IMG/VR virus record: IMGVR_UViG_3300025030_000006
Direction: 5' to 3' (one strand)
Source: a virus
Length of the DNA stretch: 64,000 bases
Shown: positions 41,351-49,928 of the stretch, piece after piece
How positions within the stretch are numbered: the first letter of the stretch is position 1
How the letters are laid out: each line of letters begins with the position of its first letter
Notes under the pieces: model-generated
What the model was told of the DNA's origin: nothing
The model's input: the letters and a program-made list of their open reading frames with translations, nothing else
Databases searched by the model: none
Made by a program: the position numbers and the translations under genes

Positions 41351-41693
41351 ATTAAAGAAAAAAGAAAATAATAAAGACAGACAACCAAGTAATGACACAT
41401 ATCCAAGTAAAAAGGTTGAACAATTTCATAATACACTTGATAGAAATATAAAGTTATCAGAAGAAAGGAATAAAACTTTAGGAAAACCAGAAATTGGTAA
41501 ATGGTACAATTATAAAGAAAGATTTCCCCCTAATGACTTCAACCAATGGATTGCTGTTGAATCAGAACAAGAAAATATAGAAGCACATAAATCAGCGGTT
41601 ATGCTACAACATTATATTTCTGACGTTTTTTGTTGTGATAGAAAACCAAGATACCCAAAATGGACACTAATTCCAAAACAAAAGGAGAAATAA
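41310..41693 (+). CDS. hypothetical protein with basic N-terminus (MKKIILKKKPKKVELKKK)
   Basis: Track ORF. Overlaps the upstream gene by 41 nt. Confidence 0.5.
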   Translation: MKKIILKKKPKKVELKKKENNKDRQPSNDTYPSKKVEQFHNTLDRNIKLSEERNKTLGKPEIGKWYNYKERFPPNDFNQWIAVESEQENIEAHKSAVMLQHYISDVFCCDRKPRYPKWTLIPKQKEK

Positions 41694-41695
41694 AA

Positions 41696-41884
41696 ATGGA
41701 ATGGCCTGAAAGTTTTACTTTTGTTGGTTTATTTGCTTGCGTTGCTTTTGTAATTTTTTCCTTATCACAGTGTCAAATTAATGCAAACAATAAGGAAGCA
41801 GAAACAGTACAAAATTTTGTAAATGAGGGTTATATTCAAGAAACAGGAAGAGATGGTAAAATTTGGATTAAAAAGGAGAAATAA
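41696..41884 (+). CDS. small membrane protein
   Basis: Track ORF 41660..41884, trimmed to the ATG after the AAAAGGAGAAATAAAA RBS. Confidence 0.5.
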   Translation: MEWPESFTFVGLFACVAFVIFSLSQCQINANNKEAETVQNFVNEGYIQETGRDGKIWIKKEK

Positions 41885-41889
41885 ATAAA

Positions 41890-42129
41890 ATGGATATTAA
41901 AGATTTGAAAGACATTCCTTGCGGTAAATGTGGTTCTTTGTTTTTTACTCAAATCACCAGACTTAAATATGTATCTGCTTTACAGAATCCAGAAGGAAAA
42001 GAAAGTATTGCCAGAATGGTTGGTTTGGTTTGTACTGATTGTGGTTGTTCTGATTCAGAATCATTTAAAGTATTTGAAGAAAAGCAAAAGGAAGAATTTG
42101 AGAGTAATATTATTCCTATTAGGAGATAA
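41890..42129 (+). CDS. small zinc-ribbon protein
   Basis: Track ORF. Contains CGKCGS...CTDCGC. Confidence 0.55.
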   Translation: MDIKDLKDIPCGKCGSLFFTQITRLKYVSALQNPEGKESIARMVGLVCTDCGCSDSESFKVFEEKQKEEFESNIIPIRR

Positions 42130-42134
42130 ATAAA

Positions 42135-42266
42135 ATGACTACAAATCATTACATTGGTTTGATTATTGGTATTCCATCCATTATCTGGTTTGGTTTTTGT
42201 ACTAATGCAGAAACAACAGTGGCATTATTTCTCTGCCTTTTTGCAAATAATCTTTCCCAAAAATAA
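42135..42266 (+). CDS. small membrane protein (43 aa)
   Basis: Translated by eye. AGGAGATAAATAAAATG RBS. Confidence 0.4.
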   Translation: MTTNHYIGLIIGIPSIIWFGFCTNAETTVALFLCLFANNLSQK

Positions 42267-42281
42267 AAGGAGGTAAATAAC

Positions 42282-42431
42282 ATGGGTGGTCCATTTTGTT
42301 TGTGTACTGAATGCAAAGCAGAAAGAAATAAAAGATATGCAAAAGAGGAAAAAGAAAGAGAAAGAGTAGCACGAATGATATATGAAATAAAAAATCCACC
42401 TGAAGATTTTTTGGATGATATTTTGCCATGA
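42282..42431 (+). CDS. small protein (49 aa) with CLCTEC
   Basis: Translated by eye. AAGGAGGTAAATAACATG RBS. ATGA overlap into the next gene. Confidence 0.4.
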   Translation: MGGPFCLCTECKAERNKRYAKEEKERERVARMIYEIKNPPEDFLDDILP

Positions 42432-43465
42432 TTAAAAAATTATCAATAAAGGAATTTCTAATACACAAAAATAAAGAAATTGAGTTTACCAATGGAATTA
42501 ATGCTATCGTTGGAGAAACTGCCAAAGGTAAAACTGCTATTATCTATGCCTTAACCATGCTTCTTGAAAACCAACCAAGAAGTGCAGAAAAGATTTTCCA
42601 TAGGAAAGGAGCAAAAACACCAATAGAAATTGAATTAGAAGATAATAAAGGAAATATCATAAAAAGAACTAAAAAGAAATATTCTTTGAATGGTGTTGCT
42701 TTCAAAGCGTTCAATAAAGAAGTCCCACAACCAATTAGAGAATTATTTCCACTTAAATCCATTAACTGGCACAATCAATTTGACCCTCATTTTCTTATTA
42801 TGTCTACACCGGGAGCAGCAGCTAAGGTTCTCAGTGCTTCTACTGGATTGGAAGAACAGGAAGAAATTGTAAAAGAAATAAAAGATAGATTATCTGACTG
42901 TAAATCAGAAATAAAAAGACTACATGTTAATAACAATGAAGCTAAAGAAAGGATGAAAAAACTTAGACCTGTTGTTAAACACTTAATGCAAGCTAGGTCT
43001 ATTAAATCAAAACAAGGCGAATTAGATAAAATTCAAGTGGAAATGGAGGAAATAGAAACTTTAGTTGTTAAATCTAATGAAATTGAGAAAAAAATCAGAA
43101 AATACAATATAGAACAATATTTGTCAGATATAACCAAAACCATTGATTTACTGAAAGAACTTGAAAAAGTTGCAGAAGAACATGAACTTTTAGTTGACAT
43201 TTTGGGTCATCTGAAAGACACTGAAGCCGTTATTCCTGTTGAACGTATTTCTTATTTTATAGGAGAAATAAACAACATCAATAAACTACTCCCCGCCCTA
43301 TCAAACGATGAATCTTCCTATAATGCTATTCAGCAAATCCTAGATACACTCCAAAATTTTGATAATGATTTAAAAAATAATGAAAAAGAAATAAAGGAAA
43401 AAGAAAAAGAATTTAATAGTCTGGTGAAAGAATTAGGTGTTTGTGAAAATTGTCCATTATTCTAA
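42428..43465 (+). CDS. Rad50/SbcC-like ATPase, N-terminal half (Walker A head, ascending coiled coil, CxxC hook at the C-terminus)
   Basis: Walker A in INAIVGETAKGKTAII. Long heptad-rich region. Ends ..LGVCENCPLF. Confidence 0.7.
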   Translation: MIKKLSIKEFLIHKNKEIEFTNGINAIVGETAKGKTAIIYALTMLLENQPRSAEKIFHRKGAKTPIEIELEDNKGNIIKRTKKKYSLNGVAFKAFNKEVPQPIRELFPLKSINWHNQFDPHFLIMSTPGAAAKVLSASTGLEEQEEIVKEIKDRLSDCKSEIKRLHVNNNEAKERMKKLRPVVKHLMQARSIKSKQGELDKIQVEMEEIETLVVKSNEIEKKIRKYNIEQYLSDITKTIDLLKELEKVAEEHELLVDILGHLKDTEAVIPVERISYFIGEINNINKLLPALSNDESSYNAIQQILDTLQNFDNDLKNNEKEIKEKEKEFNSLVKELGVCENCPLF

Positions 43466-43481
43466 AAAGGAGATATTTTAA

Positions 43482-43625
43482 ATGGAGGATAGTACAATTG
43501 TAACCTATTATGTTTATTGTTATGACTGTGGTAAAACTTTTCCAGCAGAACAATTGGTTGAGGACAAATTAGGAAATACCAAATGTGCTCATTGCGGCAG
43601 TACAAAACATACAGAAAATGATTAA
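43482..43625 (+). CDS. small zinc-ribbon protein (47 aa)
   Basis: Translated by eye: ..YCYDCG...CAHCG. AAAAGGAGATATTTTAAATG RBS. Confidence 0.45.
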   Translation: MEDSTIVTYYVYCYDCGKTFPAEQLVEDKLGNTKCAHCGSTKHTEND

Positions 43626-43627
43626 TT

Positions 43628-44548
43628 ATGTTAATTCTTATTTGTGGTGACTTCCATATAACGGGTAAAAACCCAATAAGCCGATTGGATGATTTAACTG
43701 AGACACAATTTTTAAAATTAAATGAGATTAAAGATTTTGCAAATAAACATAATTGCCCCATTGTTTCTGTTGGTGATTTTTTTCACGTTCCTATAATTGC
43801 TAATAGTATTCTTAATAGAGTTGGAGAAATTTTAAATCAATTAGATAACCCTTGGTATACTTGTTGGGGCAATCATGACACACTTTATCATTCAGTTGAG
43901 TTAGCCAATCGTACAAGTCTTGGGGTATTATTGACAAATCATCCAAAGATAAAACATATAACAAAGTTTAAAAATGATTATGGCGTTTCCTTCGATTATA
44001 CCGATTGGGATACACCAACAAAGGAAAATAATTCAAAGTTTCTTTTATCTCATAAGGCTATAATTTCTGAAAAACAATCCAAGTCAAATTTCTGGATTGA
44101 GAAAGATGAAACCTTTGCAAAACAAGTTGGAAAATGGTCTGACAAATATAAAATAATTATATGTGGACATTGGCATATCTCATACCGTTTCAAACACAAT
44201 AAAACACTGATAATCAATAGTGGTCCAATTAATCGCTTGACCATAGAAGATAATCTGCAACCATCTGTTGTTTTACTTAATTTAGAAACAGGTATTTTTA
44301 AAAGACACTACTTAGAATCTGCAAAACCATTCGATGAAATCATCTCTGCCAAACATATTATCAGAAAGGAGAATAATTCAGAAAATATTAAAAAGTTTAT
44401 TTCCGCAATTAATAAAAAAAGAAGTAATTATGATTCAGCATTTATGGATTATTTAATGGAAATTGTTGATAACCATGAGTTAGATAAAGACATGGAGGAA
44501 TTATTGGTTAATATTCTAGCTAAAACAAAAGAAAGGAAAAACAAATGA
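43628..44548 (+). CDS. Mre11/SbcD-like metallophosphoesterase nuclease
   Basis: Contains ICGDFH, GDFFH, GNHD and GHWH motifs. Confidence 0.75.
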   Translation: MLILICGDFHITGKNPISRLDDLTETQFLKLNEIKDFANKHNCPIVSVGDFFHVPIIANSILNRVGEILNQLDNPWYTCWGNHDTLYHSVELANRTSLGVLLTNHPKIKHITKFKNDYGVSFDYTDWDTPTKENNSKFLLSHKAIISEKQSKSNFWIEKDETFAKQVGKWSDKYKIIICGHWHISYRFKHNKTLIINSGPINRLTIEDNLQPSVVLLNLETGIFKRHYLESAKPFDEIISAKHIIRKENNSENIKKFISAINKKRSNYDSAFMDYLMEIVDNHELDKDMEELLVNILAKTKERKNK

Positions 44549-44817
44549 ATGATGGAAACAACAGTAGAAGATTTAAAGTAATGACAATTTCAAACGAAAA
44601 CATGCTTAAACTTATGACAGGAGAAATACGAATTAAGAATATTCCAGAATATACAAAACTGCGTGAGGCTTTTCCTAGGGATTTTTCAAGGTGTTGGGGA
44701 ATAGTTATTGAACATCCTAGTTTTCCAGAAGTACCATTAGGAATGGAATGTGAAAGTTTTGTTCTTGAGATTGAAGAAACTGGAAAAAGAAATGGAAGAA
44801 AACTTTACTTTGACTAA
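44545..44817 (+). CDS. hypothetical protein (C-terminus ..NGRKLYFD)
   Basis: Track ORF. ATGA overlap with the upstream stop. Confidence 0.55.
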   Translation: MNDGNNSRRFKVMTISNENMLKLMTGEIRIKNIPEYTKLREAFPRDFSRCWGIVIEHPSFPEVPLGMECESFVLEIEETGKRNGRKLYFD

Positions 44818-44855
44818 TTGCTAAAATAAATAATTAAAAAGGAGAAATTGTTACA

Positions 44856-45578
44856 ATGAAAGTCATCGAACCATCTTTTGAAATTATTGAAGGATTATCC
44901 TATCAACAAATGCTTCAAATTGTTGAAGGTGCTTATCGTATCTGTTATGCTTCAGAACCTAAAGGAGATTCCGAAGAATTTATTCGTTCCAAAATGAAAT
45001 TGAAACATTATAGCCCATTGGAGCATTGCTCAATTACCGTTGATTTTTCTTTTGACCGAGGAATAAGCCACGAAGTAGTCAGACACCGCTTAGCAGCATT
45101 TTCACAATCAAGTACACGTTATTGCAATTTTTCCAAAGATAAATTTGGAAAAGAAATTACTGTAATAAATCCCTTCTTTTTTAATCCCTCTGATAAAACC
45201 AAAGATATAGCACTTCCATTTCCTGTATTTTATGAAGAAAACACTTCATGGAATTTAATTGATGATACTGGTTGTGATATTTGCACTCTGAATAAATTTG
45301 ATGTTTGGTATATTGCTTGTCTTTATTCTGAATGGGCATATTTGACCTTATTGGAAATGGGTGCTAACCCTCAAGAAGCACGTTCCGTATTACCTAATTC
45401 CCTTGCTACAAAAATAAGAGTTACTGCAAACATTCGTGAATGGATTCATATTCTTAATTTAAGAGCAATTGGGACTACAGGCAAACCACATCCACAGATG
45501 GTTGAAGTAATGGTGCCTCTACTTAATCAACTCAAAAAAGATTACCCTGTATTCTTTGAAGACTTAATTGTGAATTAA
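44856..45578 (+). CDS. thyX: FAD-dependent thymidylate synthase ThyX
   Basis: ThyX signature VVRHRLAAFSQSSTRY (RHR...S..S.RY). Length about 240 aa. Confidence 0.85.
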   Translation: MKVIEPSFEIIEGLSYQQMLQIVEGAYRICYASEPKGDSEEFIRSKMKLKHYSPLEHCSITVDFSFDRGISHEVVRHRLAAFSQSSTRYCNFSKDKFGKEITVINPFFFNPSDKTKDIALPFPVFYEENTSWNLIDDTGCDICTLNKFDVWYIACLYSEWAYLTLLEMGANPQEARSVLPNSLATKIRVTANIREWIHILNLRAIGTTGKPHPQMVEVMVPLLNQLKKDYPVFFEDLIVN

Positions 45579-45632
45579 TAATAAAATCATATTATTAATT
45601 CTTGTATTTCTTTGGATTATGGAGTACCATAT

Positions 45633-45896
45633 ATGGGAATAAATACTATTAAAGAGAGAAAAAGATTAGAAAATATCAAAGAACAATTAGAAAAATTGAA
45701 AGAAAAGCAAAGGGAAACAGAAGCAGAAAAGAAAATGCTAATGAAGAAGTTAAAAGATGATTATGGGTGTTCTAACATAAAAGAAGCTGAAACACTGTTG
45801 GAAGAACTGGAAGAAGAAAAGGAAGAAAAAGAAAAAGAAATAAATAAAAGAAATGAAAAACTGATTAGTGATATGAAAGCTGAAGGACTGATGTAA
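45633..45896 (+). CDS. coiled-coil protein, likely the descending coiled-coil segment of the split Rad50/SbcC
   Basis: Track ORF 45612..45896, trimmed to the ATG after GGAG. Heptad-rich. TAATG coupling to the next gene. Confidence 0.45.
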   Translation: MGINTIKERKRLENIKEQLEKLKEKQRETEAEKKMLMKKLKDDYGCSNIKEAETLLEELEEEKEEKEKEINKRNEKLISDMKAEGLM

Positions 45897-46468
45897 TGGA
45901 TATAAATAGAACTATTAAATTATTGGAGGCAAAAAATACTGAATTAAATATTGCCATAGATACCTATACAAAAACGAATGAACAGATAAGAAAGGAAAAA
46001 GATAATCTACTAAAACTTGATAAATTAAAAAACCTGATAATTGATGTTGGTCAAAAAAGTCAAAAAGATATTGTTGAATATATTACGTCAACTGTTGGTC
46101 TTGCCATTAAAGGAATATTTGGGGAGGAATATGATTTTAAAATTGAATTTGAAATAAAGCGGGACCAGACAGAATGTAAGTTCTTTGTTGAAAAGGATGG
46201 ATTGTTATTGGAGCCACGTTTAAATGTGCAGGGAGGAGGTATTGCCGATGTAGTAGCTTTTGCAATGCACATTCTGATTTTAACTTTGGAAAAAACACCA
46301 CCGATATTAATAATGGATGAGCCGCAATTTAAAAATGTTTCAAAAGAACATCTGGATAAAGTTGCAGAAATGGTAAAAAATTTAATTTCATCTATGAATA
46401 TACAATTAATTATGGTTACACATATTTCAGAAATGATAGATATAGCCGATAATATTATTGAGATTTAA
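45896..46468 (+). CDS. Rad50/SbcC-like ATPase, C-terminal half (signature-like motif, Walker B, H-loop)
   Basis: QGGGIADVV is signature-like. ILIMDEP is Walker B. MVTH is the H-loop. Confidence 0.65.
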   Translation: MDINRTIKLLEAKNTELNIAIDTYTKTNEQIRKEKDNLLKLDKLKNLIIDVGQKSQKDIVEYITSTVGLAIKGIFGEEYDFKIEFEIKRDQTECKFFVEKDGLLLEPRLNVQGGGIADVVAFAMHILILTLEKTPPILIMDEPQFKNVSKEHLDKVAEMVKNLISSMNIQLIMVTHISEMIDIADNIIEI

Positions 46469-46484
46469 AAAGGAGAATAGTACA

Positions 46485-46802
46485 ATGAAACCAATTGAAT
46501 TTCCTGAACAAACAGGTGTTTATGCCAAAGACCCTGAACAAACAGGTGTTTATGCCAAAGACCAACCCGAATATATTCCTCTACCAGTTTACAAAAATGA
46601 TGAGGGGCAACTGATTTCCTGTTGGCAATTAACTTGGAAAGAAAGATTTAAAATTCTATTCGTTGGTAAATTGTGGCTAAGTGTTTTGACATTTCATAAA
46701 CCTTTGCAACCTTTATTGCCTCAAGTGGAATATCCTTTTATTAAAACAAAAAGCATTACTAAATCTGTTATGTCTCTTTTTAAAAAGGAAGAAAACAAAT
46801 GA
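46485..46802 (+). CDS. hypothetical protein containing an exact 10-aa tandem duplication
   Basis: Track ORF 46458..46802, trimmed to the ATG after the AAAAGGAGAATAGTACA RBS. PEQTGVYAKD occurs twice. Confidence 0.55.
   Translation: MKPIEFPEQTGVYAKDPEQTGVYAKDQPEYIPLPVYKNDEGQLISCWQLTWKERFKILFVGKLWLSVLTFHKPLQPLLPQVEYPFIKTKSITKSVMSLFKKEENK
46503..46562. repeat. perfect 2 x 30-bp tandem duplication
   Basis: CCTGAACAAACAGGTGTTTATGCCAAAGAC occurs twice, in frame. Confidence 0.9.
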
Positions 46803-47548
46803 GAATTTATAAGGAGAAATACAAAAAGGAAATTTATTACAATGCAGTATTAACCCATGAATTATACGATAAGATTCAAGTTGCTGATATTTTTACTAGT
46901 GCTAATCCAATGACATTAAATTCTATTATTAATTTCTTTTCCAGTCTTAGAAGTTCTGACAAAGAATCGGAACATTCTCATTCAGGATTTTTCACTAATT
47001 TAAAAGGAATATCTTTTGAAATAGATTGGAAAGCAGGATGTTTTAATTTTGCAGAGAAATATGAGGGAAAGAAAGTTCTTATTGGTCGTTTCCTTGATAC
47101 CAATAATATTGAGTGCGAAAAGGCCAGTGAAAAAATAATTGAAAAATACAAAGGTCAAATTTATCCTGTTCATCGTCTTATTCTTCACGCTTTAAATGTG
47201 GCACATATTATTCACTGGCAATCGGTTGTTTGTAGTGAGGCAACAGCAGAATTACTTTTTAAATTGGGTGGCTGGTCATTTAAAACTCATGGTGTTAGTC
47301 CCGATAATATTGCTGATTCCATAAAAAGGGATTTAAGTAAAACCAGAAAAGGACCAAAGTTTGATATTATTTTTGAAGGTGTGATGCCAATAAATATTTT
47401 TAAACAGTGTGTTTGTTGTTCCATTAATTTTCTTGTACCCGTTGATTCTGTTGATTGTCCTCTTTGCAAAGAAAAACGTGCATTATCTCCTTATGCAATT
47501 TCAAAAAATATGATTGATTATAACAAAGCAAAGGGAGTAAACATTTAA
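46799..47548 (+). CDS. hypothetical protein (possible permuted papain-like fold; Cys-rich C-terminus)
   Basis: Track ORF. Contains SHSGFF and CSEATA motifs. CCS...CPLC at the C-terminus. Tentative. Confidence 0.5.
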   Translation: MRIYKEKYKKEIYYNAVLTHELYDKIQVADIFTSANPMTLNSIINFFSSLRSSDKESEHSHSGFFTNLKGISFEIDWKAGCFNFAEKYEGKKVLIGRFLDTNNIECEKASEKIIEKYKGQIYPVHRLILHALNVAHIIHWQSVVCSEATAELLFKLGGWSFKTHGVSPDNIADSIKRDLSKTRKGPKFDIIFEGVMPINIFKQCVCCSINFLVPVDSVDCPLCKEKRALSPYAISKNMIDYNKAKGVNI

Positions 47549-47616
47549 TTCAATTTATCTATAACCAATAGGAAGGAATCGTATTTTATTGACTCTTTTT
47601 GTGAAGGGATAAACAA

Positions 47617-47916
47617 ATGCTGTGTGAAAGGTATCATTGCCAGCTTTCAACAGAAATATGTTTAAAAAGGCAAGAAAAGGCTAAATCACAATCAGAATCA
47701 CTGTCCTTCTGTGAGTCATTAATTTTCTGCAATAAATGTGAACAAGGTTCTAAAATATCAATAAAGGAAAACAAAATATATGATTTAGATATTTTTAAAT
47801 TAAAGAAAAAAACCATTAAAGATTTAATTTGTAGAAAAGATTTTAGAATGTTCAAAATTAAACGGGTGGAATTGAAAAGGAAACCTAAACGAATTCAATT
47901 GAAAAGGAGAAGATGA
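47617..47916 (+). CDS. Cys-containing protein with a basic C-terminal tail (..KRVELKRKPKRIQLKRRR)
   Basis: Track ORF. Confidence 0.5.
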   Translation: MLCERYHCQLSTEICLKRQEKAKSQSESLSFCESLIFCNKCEQGSKISIKENKIYDLDIFKLKKKTIKDLICRKDFRMFKIKRVELKRKPKRIQLKRRR

Positions 47917-47917
47917 A

Positions 47918-48508
47918 ATGGCTTATCTGGAAAAAGAAAATTTAAGGAGTGTATTACAAGACAAAGGAATCCTTCAGGAAGCCAACAGAACCTTCTTTCA
48001 CCCTCTTGGATTGGCATTAACCATTATTTATTTTGAACAAACAGAAAGAACAGAGCTGAAATTGCAATATACAGAACACGAAGAGGGTTTTGTATTTGAT
48101 TCGTTGGATAAAATTAAAAGAGATATTTTCAGGGATTTTGCCAATGACAAGTATGAAAAACGGCAGGATTATTTGGGTTTCCTGATTCAAATTCAGGATA
48201 TGCTTGATAATGATATTAATGTAAAAAGAAAAACAAATATTAAAACAGACAGAATGGAAATCATTTTTAAATACTTGAAAGAATTTATTTTTTCCATGCA
48301 GTTTCGTTTTATGAAAGAGCACCAGAGTAAAGACTTTGATAATTCCTTTTTGTCAAAAGAAGATTTGATTACTAAACTTAATGTTAATATGATTCGTGAA
48401 GATTGGGCAAGCGTTGCGAATTATGCCATGATTATTAATTGTTATGACAAATTGGAAAAGGAAATATCAGAACTTGTTATGGAAGAAGAGGTAATTGAAA
48501 ATGATTAA
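47918..48508 (+). CDS. hypothetical protein
   Basis: Track ORF. AAAAGGAGAAGATGAAATG RBS. Confidence 0.6.
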   Translation: MAYLEKENLRSVLQDKGILQEANRTFFHPLGLALTIIYFEQTERTELKLQYTEHEEGFVFDSLDKIKRDIFRDFANDKYEKRQDYLGFLIQIQDMLDNDINVKRKTNIKTDRMEIIFKYLKEFIFSMQFRFMKEHQSKDFDNSFLSKEDLITKLNVNMIREDWASVANYAMIINCYDKLEKEISELVMEEEVIEND

Positions 48509-48998
48509 AATGAAATTAAAGAAAAAAAGTAATGGGCCAATATTATCAGACCAAGAACTATCAGAGTTAAAGCAACATGACGTTACTTATAATAGAGCAC
48601 TGATAAAAAACAATGTCTTACCTATTGGTCCTTTTACACGTTCTGATTTTCCTTTGTTAAAAGGAGAAAAGAAAAACAAAGAATTTTATATACGAATTGA
48701 CCTTTATACCATTGACCGTTATTTTATTGACTCTTTAACAAGAAAAAGAACCAAAGAGACTTTATTCTACCCCAACAGTACTTTTAGAAAAGAATATGAT
48801 GAAGTAAAGGGAAAAGGAAAAGATTGTGATGGTTATATTTTTAAATTATATGAAAAATTGAAAGTTGATGGTCTTGGAACTTTGACTTTGGGAATTAAAA
48901 GAATTTCAGTTCAAAAAATGCAATTGAAAAGAAAAGAAAAACCTAAAAAATTAGTATTGAAAAAGAAATCTAAAAAATTACTATTGAGGAAAAAATGA
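48501..48998 (+). CDS. hypothetical protein with basic N- and C-terminal tails
   Basis: Track ORF 48495..48998, trimmed to its first ATG. Starts MIKMKLKKK and ends ..KMQLKRKEKPKKLVLKKKSKKLLLRKK. Confidence 0.55.
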   Translation: MIKMKLKKKSNGPILSDQELSELKQHDVTYNRALIKNNVLPIGPFTRSDFPLLKGEKKNKEFYIRIDLYTIDRYFIDSLTRKRTKETLFYPNSTFRKEYDEVKGKGKDCDGYIFKLYEKLKVDGLGTLTLGIKRISVQKMQLKRKEKPKKLVLKKKSKKLLLRKK

Positions 48999-49903
48999 AA
49001 CGAATAATATTAAAAAGGAAGATACCTAAACGAGAAGAAAGAACGAGAACTCTAGTAGTGGACGGTAAATGGTTTGCATATAAAAGTCGATTTTCTCAGG
49101 GGCAATCTTTTTTAACTCATAATGATGTTAAAACGGGAGTCTACTATGGTTTCTTCAGTTCTATTCTTTCCCTTGCAAAAAAACTAAATACCAATAAAAC
49201 AATAATTTGTTGGGATATTGGTGATGAATCAAAAAGAAGAAATGTTTATCCTGATTATAAAAGAAAAAGAAACACAAAACCACTGACTCAATTTGAATTA
49301 GATTTAAATAAACAATTTAAAGAAGAATATTTAAATTTGGTTGAATACTGTAAAGAAATAGGTTTTGGTGGTAATTATATTTTGGGTTATGAAAGTGATG
49401 ATTTAATGGCAGCTTATTGTTTACAAAATCCAAACGAAGAAATATTTTTGGCAACAAAAGATGAGGATATGTATCAATGTTTAAATGACCATGTAACTAT
49501 TTACAATAATGACGATAAAATTAAAAAAACTGATAAATGGTTTCAAAAGGAATATGGAATTGACCCTTTGGATTGGAATATGGTGAAAGCAATAAGTGGT
49601 TGTTCAAGTGACAATGTAAAAGGAATAGAGGGCATTGGTGAAAAAACAGCATTAAAATATCTAAGAGAGGAATGTAGTGAAAAACAATTACAAAAAATAA
49701 AAGATAATTGGAAAACTGTAGAAGAATGTTTAGCCGTTGTAACTCTGCCTCATCCTGATTTGCAAAATGATTTTATATTTGGGTTTACTCAAAGTAATAT
49801 TGATGTGGATAAATTTATCAGTTGGTGTCAACGCTTTGGAATGAAAGATTTTTTAAATAATATTTCAGATTTTAAACTATATTTCACTAAAAATAAAATG
49901 TAA
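48995..49903 (+). CDS. 5'-3' exonuclease / flap endonuclease (T4 RNase H / FEN family)
   Basis: Contains VVDGKWFAYKSRF, GYESDDLMAAY, and the H3TH motif SSDNVKGIEGIGEKTALKYL. Confidence 0.8.
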   Translation: MKRIILKRKIPKREERTRTLVVDGKWFAYKSRFSQGQSFLTHNDVKTGVYYGFFSSILSLAKKLNTNKTIICWDIGDESKRRNVYPDYKRKRNTKPLTQFELDLNKQFKEEYLNLVEYCKEIGFGGNYILGYESDDLMAAYCLQNPNEEIFLATKDEDMYQCLNDHVTIYNNDDKIKKTDKWFQKEYGIDPLDWNMVKAISGCSSDNVKGIEGIGEKTALKYLREECSEKQLQKIKDNWKTVEECLAVVTLPHPDLQNDFIFGFTQSNIDVDKFISWCQRFGMKDFLNNISDFKLYFTKNKM

Positions 49904-49928
49904 TTAATTTATCTTGGAGGTAAGAAGA

